A stretch of 32,000 nt of DNA from Candidatus Harpocratesius repetitus (GTDB lineage: Archaea > Asgardarchaeota > Lokiarchaeia > Sigyniarchaeales > Promethearchaeaceae), in assembly GCA_021498095.1 (NCBI GenBank), contig JAIZWK010000001.1, positions 3,450,001 to 3,482,000 of the forward strand. Direction: 5' to 3'. The notes under the pieces were generated by a model. It was not told the origin of the DNA. It made no database searches and saw only the letters and a program-made list of their open reading frames with translations. Position 1 is the stretch's first letter; every line of letters begins with the position of its first letter. The position numbers were made by a program, and so were the translations under genes. Below are positions 21,002-30,242 of this stretch, in pieces.

Positions 21002-22051
21002 TTATTTATAATGAGATATAAAAGCCCCGCGATTATCTGGTAATGTTTCAAAGATTTCAAATTTAGGAGCATTCTGAAAATCTTTTAGAAAAGATTGAAT
21101 GTGCTTCTTAAAACTCTCTAATTCAAATGATTTCTCTACAATTGTATAAAGAACCGGGCCAAAAGATGAAAGTCCTATTGGTATTTGATAAGAATTATAA
21201 ATATCTGTAAGTAAAGAAGGTATTATTGTATGTTGAAGAGATAATTCAATTTTCTTAAAACCCATATTATTAATCGCCCAAATTCCATCAGCTAATACTG
21301 TCAAATTTTGCTGTAAAATTCCAGGAATTACTTGAAATAAAAGTCGATGAGCAATTTTCTCAACATCAGATTGCAGTATTGGAGTATAAACAGAAAAGAT
21401 TGAAACTTCTTTTTTATTTGCGATTTCTTGAGATACTTTAGGAAGAAGTAAAATTATCTTCCACTTTTCTGGAAAATCAAGGTGGAAAAAAGGTAGAGCG
21501 GGAAATGTATTTGTGGCTGAAGAAGGTAAAAAATTCTGTTTTTCGGCTTGTGGTCCAAAAGTATGCCCCAAATCAAGGTGAAATCCTCCTTTTTCGAAAA
21601 CTTGATAACCAATTCCAGAAGTGCCACCGCGTTGAACTAATTTTGTCAATTTTGAAACTGAAAAAGAAAGCTTGTAAATTTCGCATATTCCACGCGCAAG
21701 AGAAAGAAGGATTTGAGTTTTAGAGCCAAAACCTTTATGACTAGGGATAACTTGATTGATTCTCACAAAAAATGAGCGCGGAGATAAGGAATATTCCTTC
21801 TCTAATTGCTTTAAGACAAAGAATAACAAATCTTTATGATCATCATTACCTAAAAAATTCACTTTACTGCCTTTAAATTCAATTAGTTTAAATTCGTTTA
21901 AAGCTGACTCTGGAAATTTATCCCAAAACTCAATTTCTAAGTGTGGGTTTTGAATTCCAAAACCAAATCCTCCATCAATCCGACCCAAACTTCCATTTAG
22001 GTCAATTAAGGACATATGAATACGAGCGGGAGCATGAATCAAAAAATGCAT
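21002..22051 (-). CDS. mptG: Beta-ribofuranosylaminobenzene 5'-phosphate (RFAP) synthase, GHMP family
   Basis: PARIHMSLIDLNG.LGRIDGGFG, HKGFGSKTQ, RGGTSGIG..F..GGF..D.GH, GFKKIE, GLSSFGP; ATG at 22051 preferred. Confidence 0.9.
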   Translation of the reverse strand: MHFLIHAPARIHMSLIDLNGSLGRIDGGFGFGIQNPHLEIEFWDKFPESALNEFKLIEFKGSKVNFLGNDDHKDLLFFVLKQLEKEYSLSPRSFFVRINQVIPSHKGFGSKTQILLSLARGICEIYKLSFSVSKLTKLVQRGGTSGIGYQVFEKGGFHLDLGHTFGPQAEKQNFLPSSATNTFPALPFFHLDFPEKWKIILLLPKVSQEIANKKEVSIFSVYTPILQSDVEKIAHRLLFQVIPGILQQNLTVLADGIWAINNMGFKKIELSLQHTIIPSLLTDIYNSYQIPIGLSSFGPVLYTIVEKSFELESFKKHIQSFLKDFQNAPKFEIFETLPDNRGAFISHYK

Positions 22052-22141
22052 TACACTGATTGTAATTAATGCAAAGTTTGATAAATTCATTTGCTTTTTT
22101 TTCAATAATTAGCTAAATTTATATGAAATAGTTGGCAAAAC

Positions 22142-23644
22142 ATGACCAATTTAGAGGGTATTGCGCGGAATTTACTTAGACAACAAAAATCACGTGAAGA
22201 TATAATCGATCATCTTATTTCAGAATATAAAATCTTTAAAAACACTTCTTCAGAATATTTACGTCAGTTTGCTGAAGCAATTGTTGATGAAGTCGAAATA
22301 TCTGAAAAAATTATCAAAGATGCAGAAAACAGAAAGAAAATCTCTCAACCAGAAATATTTGATGAAATAATCATTCCAATTCAAACTGAGGTTAGCATGG
22401 GCGAAGGAGGCGTAGGGTGTCGTGGAGAAGGTGATAATATTATTCATCACTATTTGTCAAAAATTAGTCGAACGGCAAACACCCCCTATATTTCCCCACT
22501 TTCTTTAGACGATGCAGGAGCAGTAAAAGTAAAAATTAATTTAACCAATTTTGAGGATTTAGATGATTCAGAAGGTTCTGATTTTTCAGAAATTTCAATA
22601 AATAAAGATATAGAAAAGAGAAAAAAAGCAAAGAAATTGCCTGAGCAATCTTCAAATAATACTTTAATTGTTGTTTCAAAAATGGAGGGAATGCATAGCC
22701 GTCTCAGTGATTTCCCGTTTTTAGCAGGATTTCATGTTACCCGCGCTATGCTTCGTGATCTTTATGTAAAAGGAGCCCAGCCGATTTCGATTATGGTTGA
22801 TGTTCATCTTGCTGATGATGGAGATATAGGAAAGCTTCTAGATTTTCAAGCAGGAATCGCCACTGTTGCTGAACTTGTAAATGTACCTATAACTGCGGGT
22901 TCAACTTTAAGAATTGGGGGAGATATGGTAATAGGAGATCGTCTTACAGGTGGAATCGCAGGTATTGGGATAATGAAATGCTCCTATTTTAGAAAAAATA
23001 TTCAAGCAGGAGACACTATGATAATGACTATGGGTTCAGGTGGTGGAACTGTATGTACTACAGCTTTATACCACGGACATCCTGAAATTGTCAAGGAAAC
23101 ATTAAATGTATCCTTCATTGAAGCAGTAAAGACGATCTATCAGAATCCTAAAATATGTAATCGTGTCCATGCCATGATAGATATAACTAATGGAGGCTTA
23201 CGAAACGATTTGTTAGAAATTCAAGCCGTAACTTCTCTGGGATTTGATGTAAATCTGGAAAATGTACGCCAAATGGTCAATCCTAAAATATTAACCTTAC
23301 TTGCAGATGCTTCTGTGGATTATTTAGGTGTTTCTTTAGATAGCTTGTTAATTTTCTGCGAAGATTCAGTTAAAATGACAATAATACAGAAACTTCATGA
23401 AAAAGGGATAGAAGCGAAAAAAATAGGCAGAGTCCAAGTCAATGATAAGATTATTTTTTATCAAGGGAATCAACAAGAGATAATTAAACCAAATTTTCGG
23501 GAGTCTGCATATACATCAGTAAAAAAAATAATAGAAAAGAACGAAATTCAGCCAAAAAATTATACTAATTTAGTTGAAAAGGCATATCGGCGTGCTCAAG
23601 AAAAAAAGAAGGCAGTAATTAATCATATACACAATAATATCTAA
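22142..23644 (+). CDS. AIR synthase-related protein (PurM/HypE/ThiL/SelD superfamily, archaeal subfamily)
   Basis: NLEGIAR, MGEGGVGCRGEGD, DDAG, GMHSRLSDFPFLAGFHVTRA.LRD, DVHLADDGD, AGSTLRIGGD, GSGGGT, DITNGG. Confidence 0.85.
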   Translation: MTNLEGIARNLLRQQKSREDIIDHLISEYKIFKNTSSEYLRQFAEAIVDEVEISEKIIKDAENRKKISQPEIFDEIIIPIQTEVSMGEGGVGCRGEGDNIIHHYLSKISRTANTPYISPLSLDDAGAVKVKINLTNFEDLDDSEGSDFSEISINKDIEKRKKAKKLPEQSSNNTLIVVSKMEGMHSRLSDFPFLAGFHVTRAMLRDLYVKGAQPISIMVDVHLADDGDIGKLLDFQAGIATVAELVNVPITAGSTLRIGGDMVIGDRLTGGIAGIGIMKCSYFRKNIQAGDTMIMTMGSGGGTVCTTALYHGHPEIVKETLNVSFIEAVKTIYQNPKICNRVHAMIDITNGGLRNDLLEIQAVTSLGFDVNLENVRQMVNPKILTLLADASVDYLGVSLDSLLIFCEDSVKMTIIQKLHEKGIEAKKIGRVQVNDKIIFYQGNQQEIIKPNFRESAYTSVKKIIEKNEIQPKNYTNLVEKAYRRAQEKKKAVINHIHNNI

Positions 23645-23647
23645 AAT

Positions 23648-23696
23648 AAATCAAGAACAATTAAAAAAAATCAAGAACAATTAAGAATGATCAAGA
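23648..23696. repeat. 20-bp-period direct repeat (AAATCAAGAACAATTAA x2 + partial) between convergent genes; possible terminator region
   Basis: TCAAGAACAATTAA at 23651 and 23671, TCAAGA again at 23691; T-rich on the minus strand. Confidence 0.6.
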
Positions 23697-24227
23697 TTTT
23701 ATATGAGTTTTTAGATTTTCTAATTTTTTTATCATGATAAGAAGATAATTGGCAATTTGATCCATTAAAGATTTGTAATCCTTATAACTATTATATAATG
23801 CCGGATCGGGCAGCTCAACCACTTTATTTTCTGCAGCTTCGGATAATAGAATGCACTTTTCCCTATATTTTGAAGGTAGTAGAACATCTCGATGATCTTT
23901 TGTCATAACAATCAACGCTGTTGCATTTCGCAAATCTTCTTTATTTTTTCTCATATGTCGAGGGATATGTTCTTTAATGCGTTCATCTGAAACATGATAA
24001 TCTAATAAAGCTTTTGCAGTAAATGGATGAATAATTACATCTTTTTGCAAAATAAATCCTCCACTTTGGATTTTAAAAGTAGAAACATCTAGAATAGGGC
24101 CTTCTTTAATCATTTTTTCAAATAATATTGCAGCAAATGGAGAACGGCATATATTACCAGCACAAAGAAAAATTAAATGAATTTTAGATAACTCCTGCAT
24201 CTTCTTCCAAAATGTCTCATAATTCAT
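23691..24227 (-). CDS. Low-molecular-weight protein-tyrosine phosphatase family
   Basis: P-loop FLCAGNICRSPFA (CX5R-S), ALIVMT..H, general acid PDP. Confidence 0.9.
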   Translation of the reverse strand: MNYETFWKKMQELSKIHLIFLCAGNICRSPFAAILFEKMIKEGPILDVSTFKIQSGGFILQKDVIIHPFTAKALLDYHVSDERIKEHIPRHMRKNKEDLRNATALIVMTKDHRDVLLPSKYREKCILLSEAAENKVVELPDPALYNSYKDYKSLMDQIANYLLIMIKKLENLKTHIKS

Positions 24228-24429
24228 AGATCTTTCAGCCGTATAATTTTGAAAATAATTGCTTGACGATATACTTAATCATTTCTCTATATTCATTTTT
24301 CTTTATCTAAAAATTTCGTTAAGCATTCATAAAAAATTTAAGATATTCAATAAAATAGCAGTAAAGAAAAAATAGGAATTTGATTTATGATTTACATCAT
24401 AATTACCTATAATAGGTAAAAGTCTTAAT

Positions 24430-25149
24430 TTACTCGGTAGAAGCAGGAATTCGGCTTATTTTTGATTCAAATTCTTCTGGAGTAATATCAATATCTTCAT
24501 CTTTCGCAATTTTACCACGTTCTCGCATAATTTGACGGGCTAATAACCATAACATTTTAGAAAGACTTTTTCGACCACGATTATTACTTGGAATGGCTAA
24601 ATCTATGTTATAAAGATAATCATCAGTATCAATAAATGAAACAACTGGAATTCGGGCAAGTTGGGCTTCAGCTAATGCTTGTTTGTCTGCGTGTGGATCA
24701 ATCATTAATAAAACATCGGCTTCTTTGAATTGATCAATCAAAGGATTCGTTAATGTTCCTGGAATGAAGCGATCTGCTAATGCTTTCGCACCTGTAACTT
24801 TACAAAAAGCCCGTACTGGAGCACGTCCATACCTACGAACAGAGCACACCATTATTTTTTCTGGATCAAAAGAAGCGAGAAATTTAGCAGCTACACGTAC
24901 TCGTTCATCTGTAGCGAGTAAATCAATTACATATAAGCCGTAAGAAGTTGTCCTGTAAATCCACTTTTCACTATGAATTGTTTTTAATTTAGTTCCAATA
25001 TGAACTCCAGAACTCAAATAGTCATTTCGGGGGATAAGTAAGTTATCTTCCTTTTCTTCTTGTAAAACTACTGTTTCATCATCGAGGACGATTTCTTCTA
25101 GTTCATCTTCGCCTTCATCGACTTTATCTTTCTTTTTTTTATCAACCAT
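24430..25149 (-). CDS. rps2: 30S ribosomal protein S2 (uS2), archaeal type
   Basis: YLSSGVHIGTK, RFIPGTLTNP, DP..D.QAL.EA, DTD, IPSNNRGRKSL...WLLAR. Confidence 0.97.
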   Translation of the reverse strand: MVDKKKKDKVDEGEDELEEIVLDDETVVLQEEKEDNLLIPRNDYLSSGVHIGTKLKTIHSEKWIYRTTSYGLYVIDLLATDERVRVAAKFLASFDPEKIMVCSVRRYGRAPVRAFCKVTGAKALADRFIPGTLTNPLIDQFKEADVLLMIDPHADKQALAEAQLARIPVVSFIDTDDYLYNIDLAIPSNNRGRKSLSKMLWLLARQIMRERGKIAKDEDIDITPEEFESKISRIPASTE

Positions 25150-25431
25150 GAATTTTCACCTATATATCGCATCATTGAAGGATTTCATCAATCAAGATTT
25201 ATCCTTCTCACGAACGCTCAGAAACTTTTTTTCCAATGATAGAATTCACTATCATCTGCTGAACGATTTAAGTAAAAAAGAGTTTTATTTAATATGAATT
25301 TTTTCGTTTTGGTGAAAAAAATAAAGATATCTTAATTTATTTGATGTAAATCAGAAATGAGAAAAGAGTGATAAAGTGATAAAGTTTACAAACAGAAAAT
25401 GTATAAATTATTTAGCGGGTAGGTTATTTCT

Positions 25432-25962
25432 ATGCCAATTAACAATATCAAAATTCGGTATACCATAGCGATCCTATGGAGTTTAGTGCTGGCAATTTTT
25501 GGAGTGTTCATATATAGTAATTTTGTATATCGTGGCATGCGCTTACAAAATGATATTTTCCCAAATTTCACAGCTGGTTCATTTAATAAATTTACTACCG
25601 GCTTATATCTTCTAGTTGGTTCTGGTTTTTCTGCCGATCTTTTTAATCTATTTTCTTTGCAAAACTTACAAACTTATGGATTTTTTGGAATTTTATTTGG
25701 TGAAACTTTATGGCCCGCAATTTTAACTTGGGGATCCATAGGAATAATAATCGGAATGTTCATAAAGGGGATAAAATATAGTGTTATAACTGCTCTTATA
25801 TTTTATTCAGGAATATGTGTTATTTATTTTGTAATTGCCCTTCTCGCTGGTGTAAATCTTGCTGGAGGAAATTTCTTAGCAACATTGGGAGAACTTTTAA
25901 CTGGTTTTATCTTTATATTCCTTTCAAGTATATTGGCAGGCTTCATTAATGGTCCTCACTGA
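25432..25962 (+). CDS. Hypothetical integral membrane protein (~4 TM helices)
   Basis: Several long hydrophobic Gly-rich segments; 14-bp overlap with the next gene. Confidence 0.65.
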   Translation: MPINNIKIRYTIAILWSLVLAIFGVFIYSNFVYRGMRLQNDIFPNFTAGSFNKFTTGLYLLVGSGFSADLFNLFSLQNLQTYGFFGILFGETLWPAILTWGSIGIIIGMFIKGIKYSVITALIFYSGICVIYFVIALLAGVNLAGGNFLATLGELLTGFIFIFLSSILAGFINGPH

Positions 25963-28063
25963 AATTCAAGTTAATCAAATTGAAATTTCTGATTATTTTT
26001 GGAACAAGGTGCTACATCAAAATCAAGAAATTGCAATTATTCATCAATGGAATATGCTGGAATTATTTGGTAGTATTGACAATTTTCGTATAGTTGCTGG
26101 GCTAAAACATAAATATGGGGAAGGATTTCGTAGAGGATATTTTTATACAGATTCTGATGTTTATAAATGGGCTGAAGCAGCATCTTGGTTGATACTCTCA
26201 TATCCCAGCAATTCTCGCTTAAAAGGACTTTTGAACGAATTGATTGAAATAATTGAGCAAACACAGGAAGAAGATGGATATTTATTTACTTACAATCAAT
26301 TCCATTTTTCTAATCAACGTTGGAAAAATTTATCCATTGAACACGAATTATACTGCTTGGGTCATTTGATTGAAGCAGGTATCGCACATTATCAAGTAGA
26401 TCGCCAATCCATTCTTTTTACTTGCGCTCAGAAAAGTGCAAATTTGTTGGTTCGTGATTTTCTTCATTCTTCTTTTTTTGGAACTCCTGGACATCCTGAA
26501 GTTGAATTTGCCCTTTTAAAGCTCTATGAAATTACCCAAAAACGTGATTATTTTTATTTAGCACAGAAATTTATCGAATATCGCGGAAAAAACCGAGTAT
26601 TTGGCATAAAACTACTAAGAGAAAACTTCAATCATATGAAGAGAGAAAAAATAATTAAGAAACAAAAAAAGAGATTTGAAAAAAATAATAATAATAATAA
26701 GGAAAGCTTAAAGAATTCTCAAATTGAAAAATTAATCCAAAATGATTTTGGATTCATGGAAACAATGATACCAGGCGAAAAAAGAAAATTTTTAATGCGT
26801 TCACTTTATCAATTTTTTTCAGGTATTTACTTTCAAGAGAATAAACCTTTTCGGCAAAGATCACATCCAGAAGGACATGCTGTCCGTTTTGGTTATTTTC
26901 AAGCAGCAGTTACACGGTATGCTCAAGAATTAGGTGAAAAGGAAATTCTATCCAACATAATAAAATGTTGGGAAAATATGGTAAAAAAATATATGTACAT
27001 TACAGGCGGATTGGGATCTTTACCAATTGTTGAAGGATTTGGCCGCCCTTATGAGTTACCTAATGAGACAGCTTATTGTGAAACTTGTGCGGCAATTGCT
27101 AGTATTTTATGGACATGGCAGCTGTTCTTGATTACAAAACATCCAGAAATGCTTGATATTATCGAATTACAGCTGCATAACGCAATGTTGGTTGGCATGG
27201 GAATTGAAGGTGATACATATCTTTATAGAAATATATTATCAAGCGAAGGAAATATCCAAAGGAGTAAGTGGTACCTCACACCTTGCTGCCCTTCAAATAT
27301 TTCACGAATATTGGGGCAATTGGGCAAATTTTGTTATGCAATTGAACCCAATAAATTATTTGTTAATCTATACATTGGAAATACGACAAATATTGACCTT
27401 CCTTTGGAAAATTCCATATCATTAGGTGAGAAAAGAATCATTTCAATTTCAATACAAATGGATGTAGATATGATACACAAAGGAACAGTAAAATTGAGTT
27501 TTAAAATCCAAAAGCCTTATAAATTCACAATCATGCTCCGCATCCCCTATTGGGTATCTAAATCTGAGGTAAAAGCCAATGGAATTACAATTAAAGAAGA
27601 AATATTAGAAAAGAAATTCTTACCTAACACTAAACCTAATTTTGATCAATTCTTTCAGAGTGAAAAATTTCAATCAAAATGGCTTCAAATAACTCGCCTC
27701 TGGAAGCAAAATAATGACATAACTATCCAATTTCCACTTTCTATTCGAAAATTACATTCACATCCAAAAGTGAAATCAAATAGAGGAAAAATAGCATTGG
27801 CAAGAGGCCCACTCATTTATTGCTCCGAATCAGTTGACAATCCTCAGATGAAAACAAGATCCCTAATTTTAGATGAAAATCCACAAATTAACTTTGAATA
27901 CAATTCGGTATTGCTAAAAGGAATTCCGACTCTTTTAACTTCTGATAATAATGAAGAAAAAGTCAGATTAATCCCATATTTTGCATGGGCCAACCGTGCA
28001 CCTTCAAAGATGATTGTTTGGATCCCTCAACAACAAAGCCATTCTTTGAAAGAGAAACCTTAA
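25949..28063 (+). CDS. Glycoside hydrolase family 127 (beta-L-arabinofuranosidase-like, DUF1680)
   Basis: DSDVYKWAEA, HELYCLGHLIEA, GHPEVE.AL.KLY, GHAVR, YITGG.GS..EGF, YCETCA, CCPSNISR, RGPLIYC, IPYFAWANR. Confidence 0.93.
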   Translation: MVLTEIQVNQIEISDYFWNKVLHQNQEIAIIHQWNMLELFGSIDNFRIVAGLKHKYGEGFRRGYFYTDSDVYKWAEAASWLILSYPSNSRLKGLLNELIEIIEQTQEEDGYLFTYNQFHFSNQRWKNLSIEHELYCLGHLIEAGIAHYQVDRQSILFTCAQKSANLLVRDFLHSSFFGTPGHPEVEFALLKLYEITQKRDYFYLAQKFIEYRGKNRVFGIKLLRENFNHMKREKIIKKQKKRFEKNNNNNKESLKNSQIEKLIQNDFGFMETMIPGEKRKFLMRSLYQFFSGIYFQENKPFRQRSHPEGHAVRFGYFQAAVTRYAQELGEKEILSNIIKCWENMVKKYMYITGGLGSLPIVEGFGRPYELPNETAYCETCAAIASILWTWQLFLITKHPEMLDIIELQLHNAMLVGMGIEGDTYLYRNILSSEGNIQRSKWYLTPCCPSNISRILGQLGKFCYAIEPNKLFVNLYIGNTTNIDLPLENSISLGEKRIISISIQMDVDMIHKGTVKLSFKIQKPYKFTIMLRIPYWVSKSEVKANGITIKEEILEKKFLPNTKPNFDQFFQSEKFQSKWLQITRLWKQNNDITIQFPLSIRKLHSHPKVKSNRGKIALARGPLIYCSESVDNPQMKTRSLILDENPQINFEYNSVLLKGIPTLLTSDNNEEKVRLIPYFAWANRAPSKMIVWIPQQQSHSLKEKP

Positions 28064-28099
28064 AATATTTAAATAATTACTCTCATTGGAGAGAATCTT

Positions 28100-28498
28100 A
28101 TGCGACGAAAGGGTTTAACTATTTTTTGGCCCCAATATTTTGATCTTAATCGATCGATTCGACTAGGGCGACGAGTTCCCAGAGAATTAGCAATATCACG
28201 CCCAACATCCTTAGATTTATATGAAGCAGCTCAACATTTGAAATATTATGTCGAACATGATAAGACAGCTCGATATCCTCGCACTTCTTCTGATCATCCA
28301 GGTCGTGTTTTAATCGATACAATGGGCCAAAAAAAAACATTCGTAATGCATAAATTGGCGCCTGAAATCAAAAAAGTTAAGCAAAAACGCAAGGATGCTG
28401 CCCAGTTAGCCAAAAGGAAGAAAAAGCATCGAACAAATAAAGAAATTCTTCAAGAAAAACTTCGCAAAAAGCAATATGCAAAGAAAAAAAAGAAATAA
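28100..28498 (+). CDS. srp19: Signal recognition particle protein SRP19
   Basis: IFWPQYFD..RS...GRRVP, YPR, GRVLID, KK..M..LA..IK. Confidence 0.9.
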   Translation: MRRKGLTIFWPQYFDLNRSIRLGRRVPRELAISRPTSLDLYEAAQHLKYYVEHDKTARYPRTSSDHPGRVLIDTMGQKKTFVMHKLAPEIKKVKQKRKDAAQLAKRKKKHRTNKEILQEKLRKKQYAKKKKK

Positions 28499-28592
28499 TT
28501 AAGGAAATATATTTTAAGAGAAATAAATTCAAAGAAATATCCTAATTGCTGTAATTTTGAAAACAAAAATCGGGAGAAAAAAGAGGATTTAA

Positions 28593-29684
28593 ATGATTGT
28601 TATATGTCCAATTGCTGGAGTCGGTTCTTACTTACAACCCTTTGTGGTTTCAAAACCAAAAGCGTTAATTAAAGTCGCAGGAAAACCCATTATTGCTCAT
28701 ACATTAGAAAGAATTCAACAAGTAGTTCCTAAAGGAACAACTATTGTTTTTATTGTGGGATATAAAAAGCGGTTATTAATTGAATATATAACCCATCTTA
28801 ATGAAAACATGGACAATTACTTTCAATTAGAATTTGTTGAGCAAGAATCATGTGGAATGCATAATGATAAACCATTTTTCTCAGGAATAGGAGATGCAAT
28901 TGCTTTAGCAAAACCATTCGCAGATAATAAAGATTGTTTTGTCTTTTTCAGCGATCGTCTTCCAGTAAACAACTATACTACTTTATTACAGCAATGTGAG
29001 AGTAATAACTATGATGGAATAATAAATGTGCAAGAAGTTGATGATCCCGAAAATTACGGAGTATGTGTGTTGGACGAACATCAAATCGTTCAAAAAATCT
29101 ATGAAAAGCCCACATCATTTATATCTAAACTCTCAATACAAGGTGCGTTTTTAATTAAAAAATCAATTTCAAAAAGATTTATGGATTATTTAGTAGAACA
29201 AGCGAACACTCCACTAATTCCAGGAGAAACACACAGTTACGTGCCAATTATTCAAAGACTGATAAATGAAGGTGCAAAAATCGGTATTCATCAAATGAAA
29301 CAGAAAATGCTTGATTTTGGATCTCTAGATAAATTTTTAGAAGGAAATCAAGAATTATTAGAATTTCATAAATCATCACTTGAAAAAATAAAAAAATTAA
29401 AACAAAAAGGCAAAATTATCAATTCTACAATTATATCACCTGTTTTTCTTGGAGATGATGTCTTTATTTCTTCTTCCGTAATTGGTCCAAACACATCTAT
29501 TGGAAATAAAAGCAAAATAAATCGATGCATCCTTTCTAATACTGTAATTGGGGACAATTGTGATTTAAGCAATTTTTGTACAGATTCCTCTATTATTGGT
29601 GATTTTGTTACCTTGGAAAATATGATAAAAAATCGACTCTCTATTGGGGACGATTCTTCAATTGTTTCATCAAAAAATATATAA
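28593..29684 (+). CDS. Sugar-phosphate nucleotidyltransferase family (long form with left-handed beta-helix)
   Basis: AGVGSYLQP..SKPKAL..VAGKP, EQ..G.G.AI, DPENYGV, EKP, LDFG, C-terminal hexapeptide repeats (IGPNTSIG). Confidence 0.85.
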   Translation: MIVICPIAGVGSYLQPFVVSKPKALIKVAGKPIIAHTLERIQQVVPKGTTIVFIVGYKKRLLIEYITHLNENMDNYFQLEFVEQESCGMHNDKPFFSGIGDAIALAKPFADNKDCFVFFSDRLPVNNYTTLLQQCESNNYDGIINVQEVDDPENYGVCVLDEHQIVQKIYEKPTSFISKLSIQGAFLIKKSISKRFMDYLVEQANTPLIPGETHSYVPIIQRLINEGAKIGIHQMKQKMLDFGSLDKFLEGNQELLEFHKSSLEKIKKLKQKGKIINSTIISPVFLGDDVFISSSVIGPNTSIGNKSKINRCILSNTVIGDNCDLSNFCTDSSIIGDFVTLENMIKNRLSIGDDSSIVSSKNI

Positions 29685-29855
29685 TAAATATCAAAGAATA
29701 AGATATTATGAAATATTGAAAAGATTTTGCTCCAAAAGATAAAGAAATCTGCTTTACTTCATCTTTACTTCATAATTATCTTATCTTAATGTATATCTCT
29801 ATAAAATGATAATTTATTTAAAATTTTAATAAAAATGCGATAAAAAAAAGGTAGA

Positions 29856-30242
29856 TTATTCTTCTTTCAACAAAATGCCGTTAATTTGCCCTGTTTGACC
29901 TGGACGGCTGGTAATTCTGACTTTTCCTAATTCTGTTTCAACAATTGCACCTTTAGTTATGATATTTCTACGCTGATAATCAACAGACGCCGTATTTTTT
30001 TCTAATCGGGTAATTTTTGCACGTGTTGTAGTTTTTGTATCAGGATCAGAAACATTTACGAGATTGGAAGAGTATGCTTTGATTTTAATATTTCCACCGC
30101 GGGTTCGGACAATTTTCTTACGCTCATCTGCAATATGAGTTTCAATTGGATTACGACCCATACGTGCTTTACGTTTTTTATGAGCAGTTTTAACCTTTGC
30201 GCCCGAAGGTTTTCGCCTGGATCTTTCTTGATAATTAACCAC
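29856..30242 (-). CDS. rps8e: 30S ribosomal protein S8e
   Basis: RS.RKPSG, RKARMGR, RTRGGN.K, RRNIITKGAIVETELG..RITSRPGQ.G.INGIL; GTG start. Confidence 0.97.
   Translation of the reverse strand: MVNYQERSRRKPSGAKVKTAHKKRKARMGRNPIETHIADERKKIVRTRGGNIKIKAYSSNLVNVSDPDTKTTTRAKITRLEKNTASVDYQRRNIITKGAIVETELGKVRITSRPGQTGQINGILLKEE

Noticed and set aside
12301-22086. Shared 10-mer ATTTATCAAA in two divergent promoters (12301 and, reverse-complemented, 22077) as a regulon motif
   Set aside because: TATA-like and AT-rich; not seen in the other divergent gaps; chance cannot be excluded
25236-25255. 7-bp hairpin ATGATAG-N6-CTATCAT upstream of rps2
   Set aside because: Too short and AT-rich to support a leader RNA call on its own
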